This document shows positions 62,973 through 64,000 of a stretch of 64,000 bases of DNA, piece by piece. Below the pieces are notes generated by a model. The model did not search any database. It saw only the letters and a program-made list of their open reading frames with translations, and was not told where the DNA came from. Position 1 is the stretch's first letter; each line of letters begins with the position of its first letter. This DNA is from Anthoceros angustus (Eukaryota > Plantae > Anthocerotophyta): NCBI GenBank assembly GCA_010909165.1, contig VJWM01000025.1, positions 744,001 to 808,000 on the forward strand. Reading direction: 5' to 3'. Made by a program: the position numbers and the translations under genes.

Positions 62973-64000
62973 TCCCCGGCAACGGCGCCAAAATGTGGAA
63001 TGGGGTTTCTGCGTCCCGGAGGCGCAAAGAGGCCACATTACCCTCTATGTCGTTATAGTCCTAGGATTCGATCCCAAGGGAATGGTTTTGTGTCAAGATG
63101 TTCCAATCTACGGGTCCTAGACCTACCACAACCGATCTTTACCCTACCAAAAACAGCCACCGTGGAGATCCAAACCACCGCAGTAGTTGATTCAACCACC
63201 GTGGTGGTTTAGCCACCGTGGTGGTTACTTCCCCACGGTGGTTGCTTGGCTCTGCTGTTGTCACCGGCTCCGGGCGAGGTCTCTGAGAGTTATGGCTTTA
63301 CACACACACACACACCTAGACTCACACCTGGTCTAATTCTCTCACAGGGAAGTCCGTCCTCAGAACTTCCGGAAATTAGGCACCACGACCCCGAATACCG
63401 CGAAATCTCACTCTGGCGCCGACCCTCACTGACCTCGCCACTCGCTTCGCCCTTTTCTATCACCCGCGTTTTCTCAAATCGCACACGCATTTTCCCCGCC
63501 CTTCCCTACAGCGGCACGCTCACCCTCTTCTGCCAAGAACCTTTCCCCACACATGGATACCCCCTCTCTTCCCTTTCTCAGGCCACACAGACCTCACCCC
63601 GGGCCACACAGACCCCACTCCCTCATAGAATTAAACACGTTCTGATGGACAACTCCCTAGGAGGGGGACAGAGGAGGCACGGTTAGTACTTGGGCGATTC
63701 ACCCGCCGGCGTTCTCACCTCGACTTTCCGCAGCAACCTTTGCCCGTTCGGTAGCCGGGCGCCCCTCACCAATTCTTGTCCCAGCGTGGAGCTTGGCCAC
63801 TCGCTCTCGACCATCCAGGATCTTCCGGCCTTCTTGTGGCGAAAGCGATGTGCCGAACGTTGGTTTGATCGACGTCTCAATCAACCCCGCGAGGATTCGA
63901 TACGGAAGTTCACACGAAATCGTCTGAGAGACACTCAAAGGGTCTCTTATACATCTATGGTTGACTCACTTCTCTCCAGTGTCTAAAAATTGTAGCTCTA
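62973..64000 (-). mobile_element. Primer-binding site and adjacent 5' LTR of a Ty3/gypsy (Athila-like) retrotransposon
   Basis: Minus strand reads ..CA-TTT-TGGCGCCGTTGCCGGGGA (62990-62973), the tRNA-Asp PBS typical of Athila-type elements. The LTR extends from 62994 rightwards; its far end was not located. Confidence 0.72.

Overview
Eukaryotic nuclear DNA from a compact land-plant genome with short GT-AG introns and dense genes; a bryophyte or lycophyte-grade origin is an inference. Recognisable genes: tRNA-Ala(UGC), TAF12, a GPP-type HAD phosphatase head-to-head with a PAR1 gene, CTP synthase, kinesin-8, a ~950-aa DUF4228/PADRE protein, IRX7/F8H-like GT47, a YhfW-like FAD/Rieske oxidoreductase, trihelix GT-1 and a neprosin. 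Between them lie decayed mobile DNA (PIF/Harbinger, a Sola-like transposase next to a thymidine kinase pseudogene, two non-LTR relics, nested LTR ends) and several minisatellites. The most unusual item is the CTP synthase: its last exon adds a ~580-aa tail with roughly 35-40 KENG(H/L)(A/V) hexapeptides. Two tandem duplications (about 2 kb and 0.7 kb) have indel patterns suggesting long-read assembly artefacts. No CRISPR or prokaryotic system is present. All family assignments come from motif recognition; no database searches were run.
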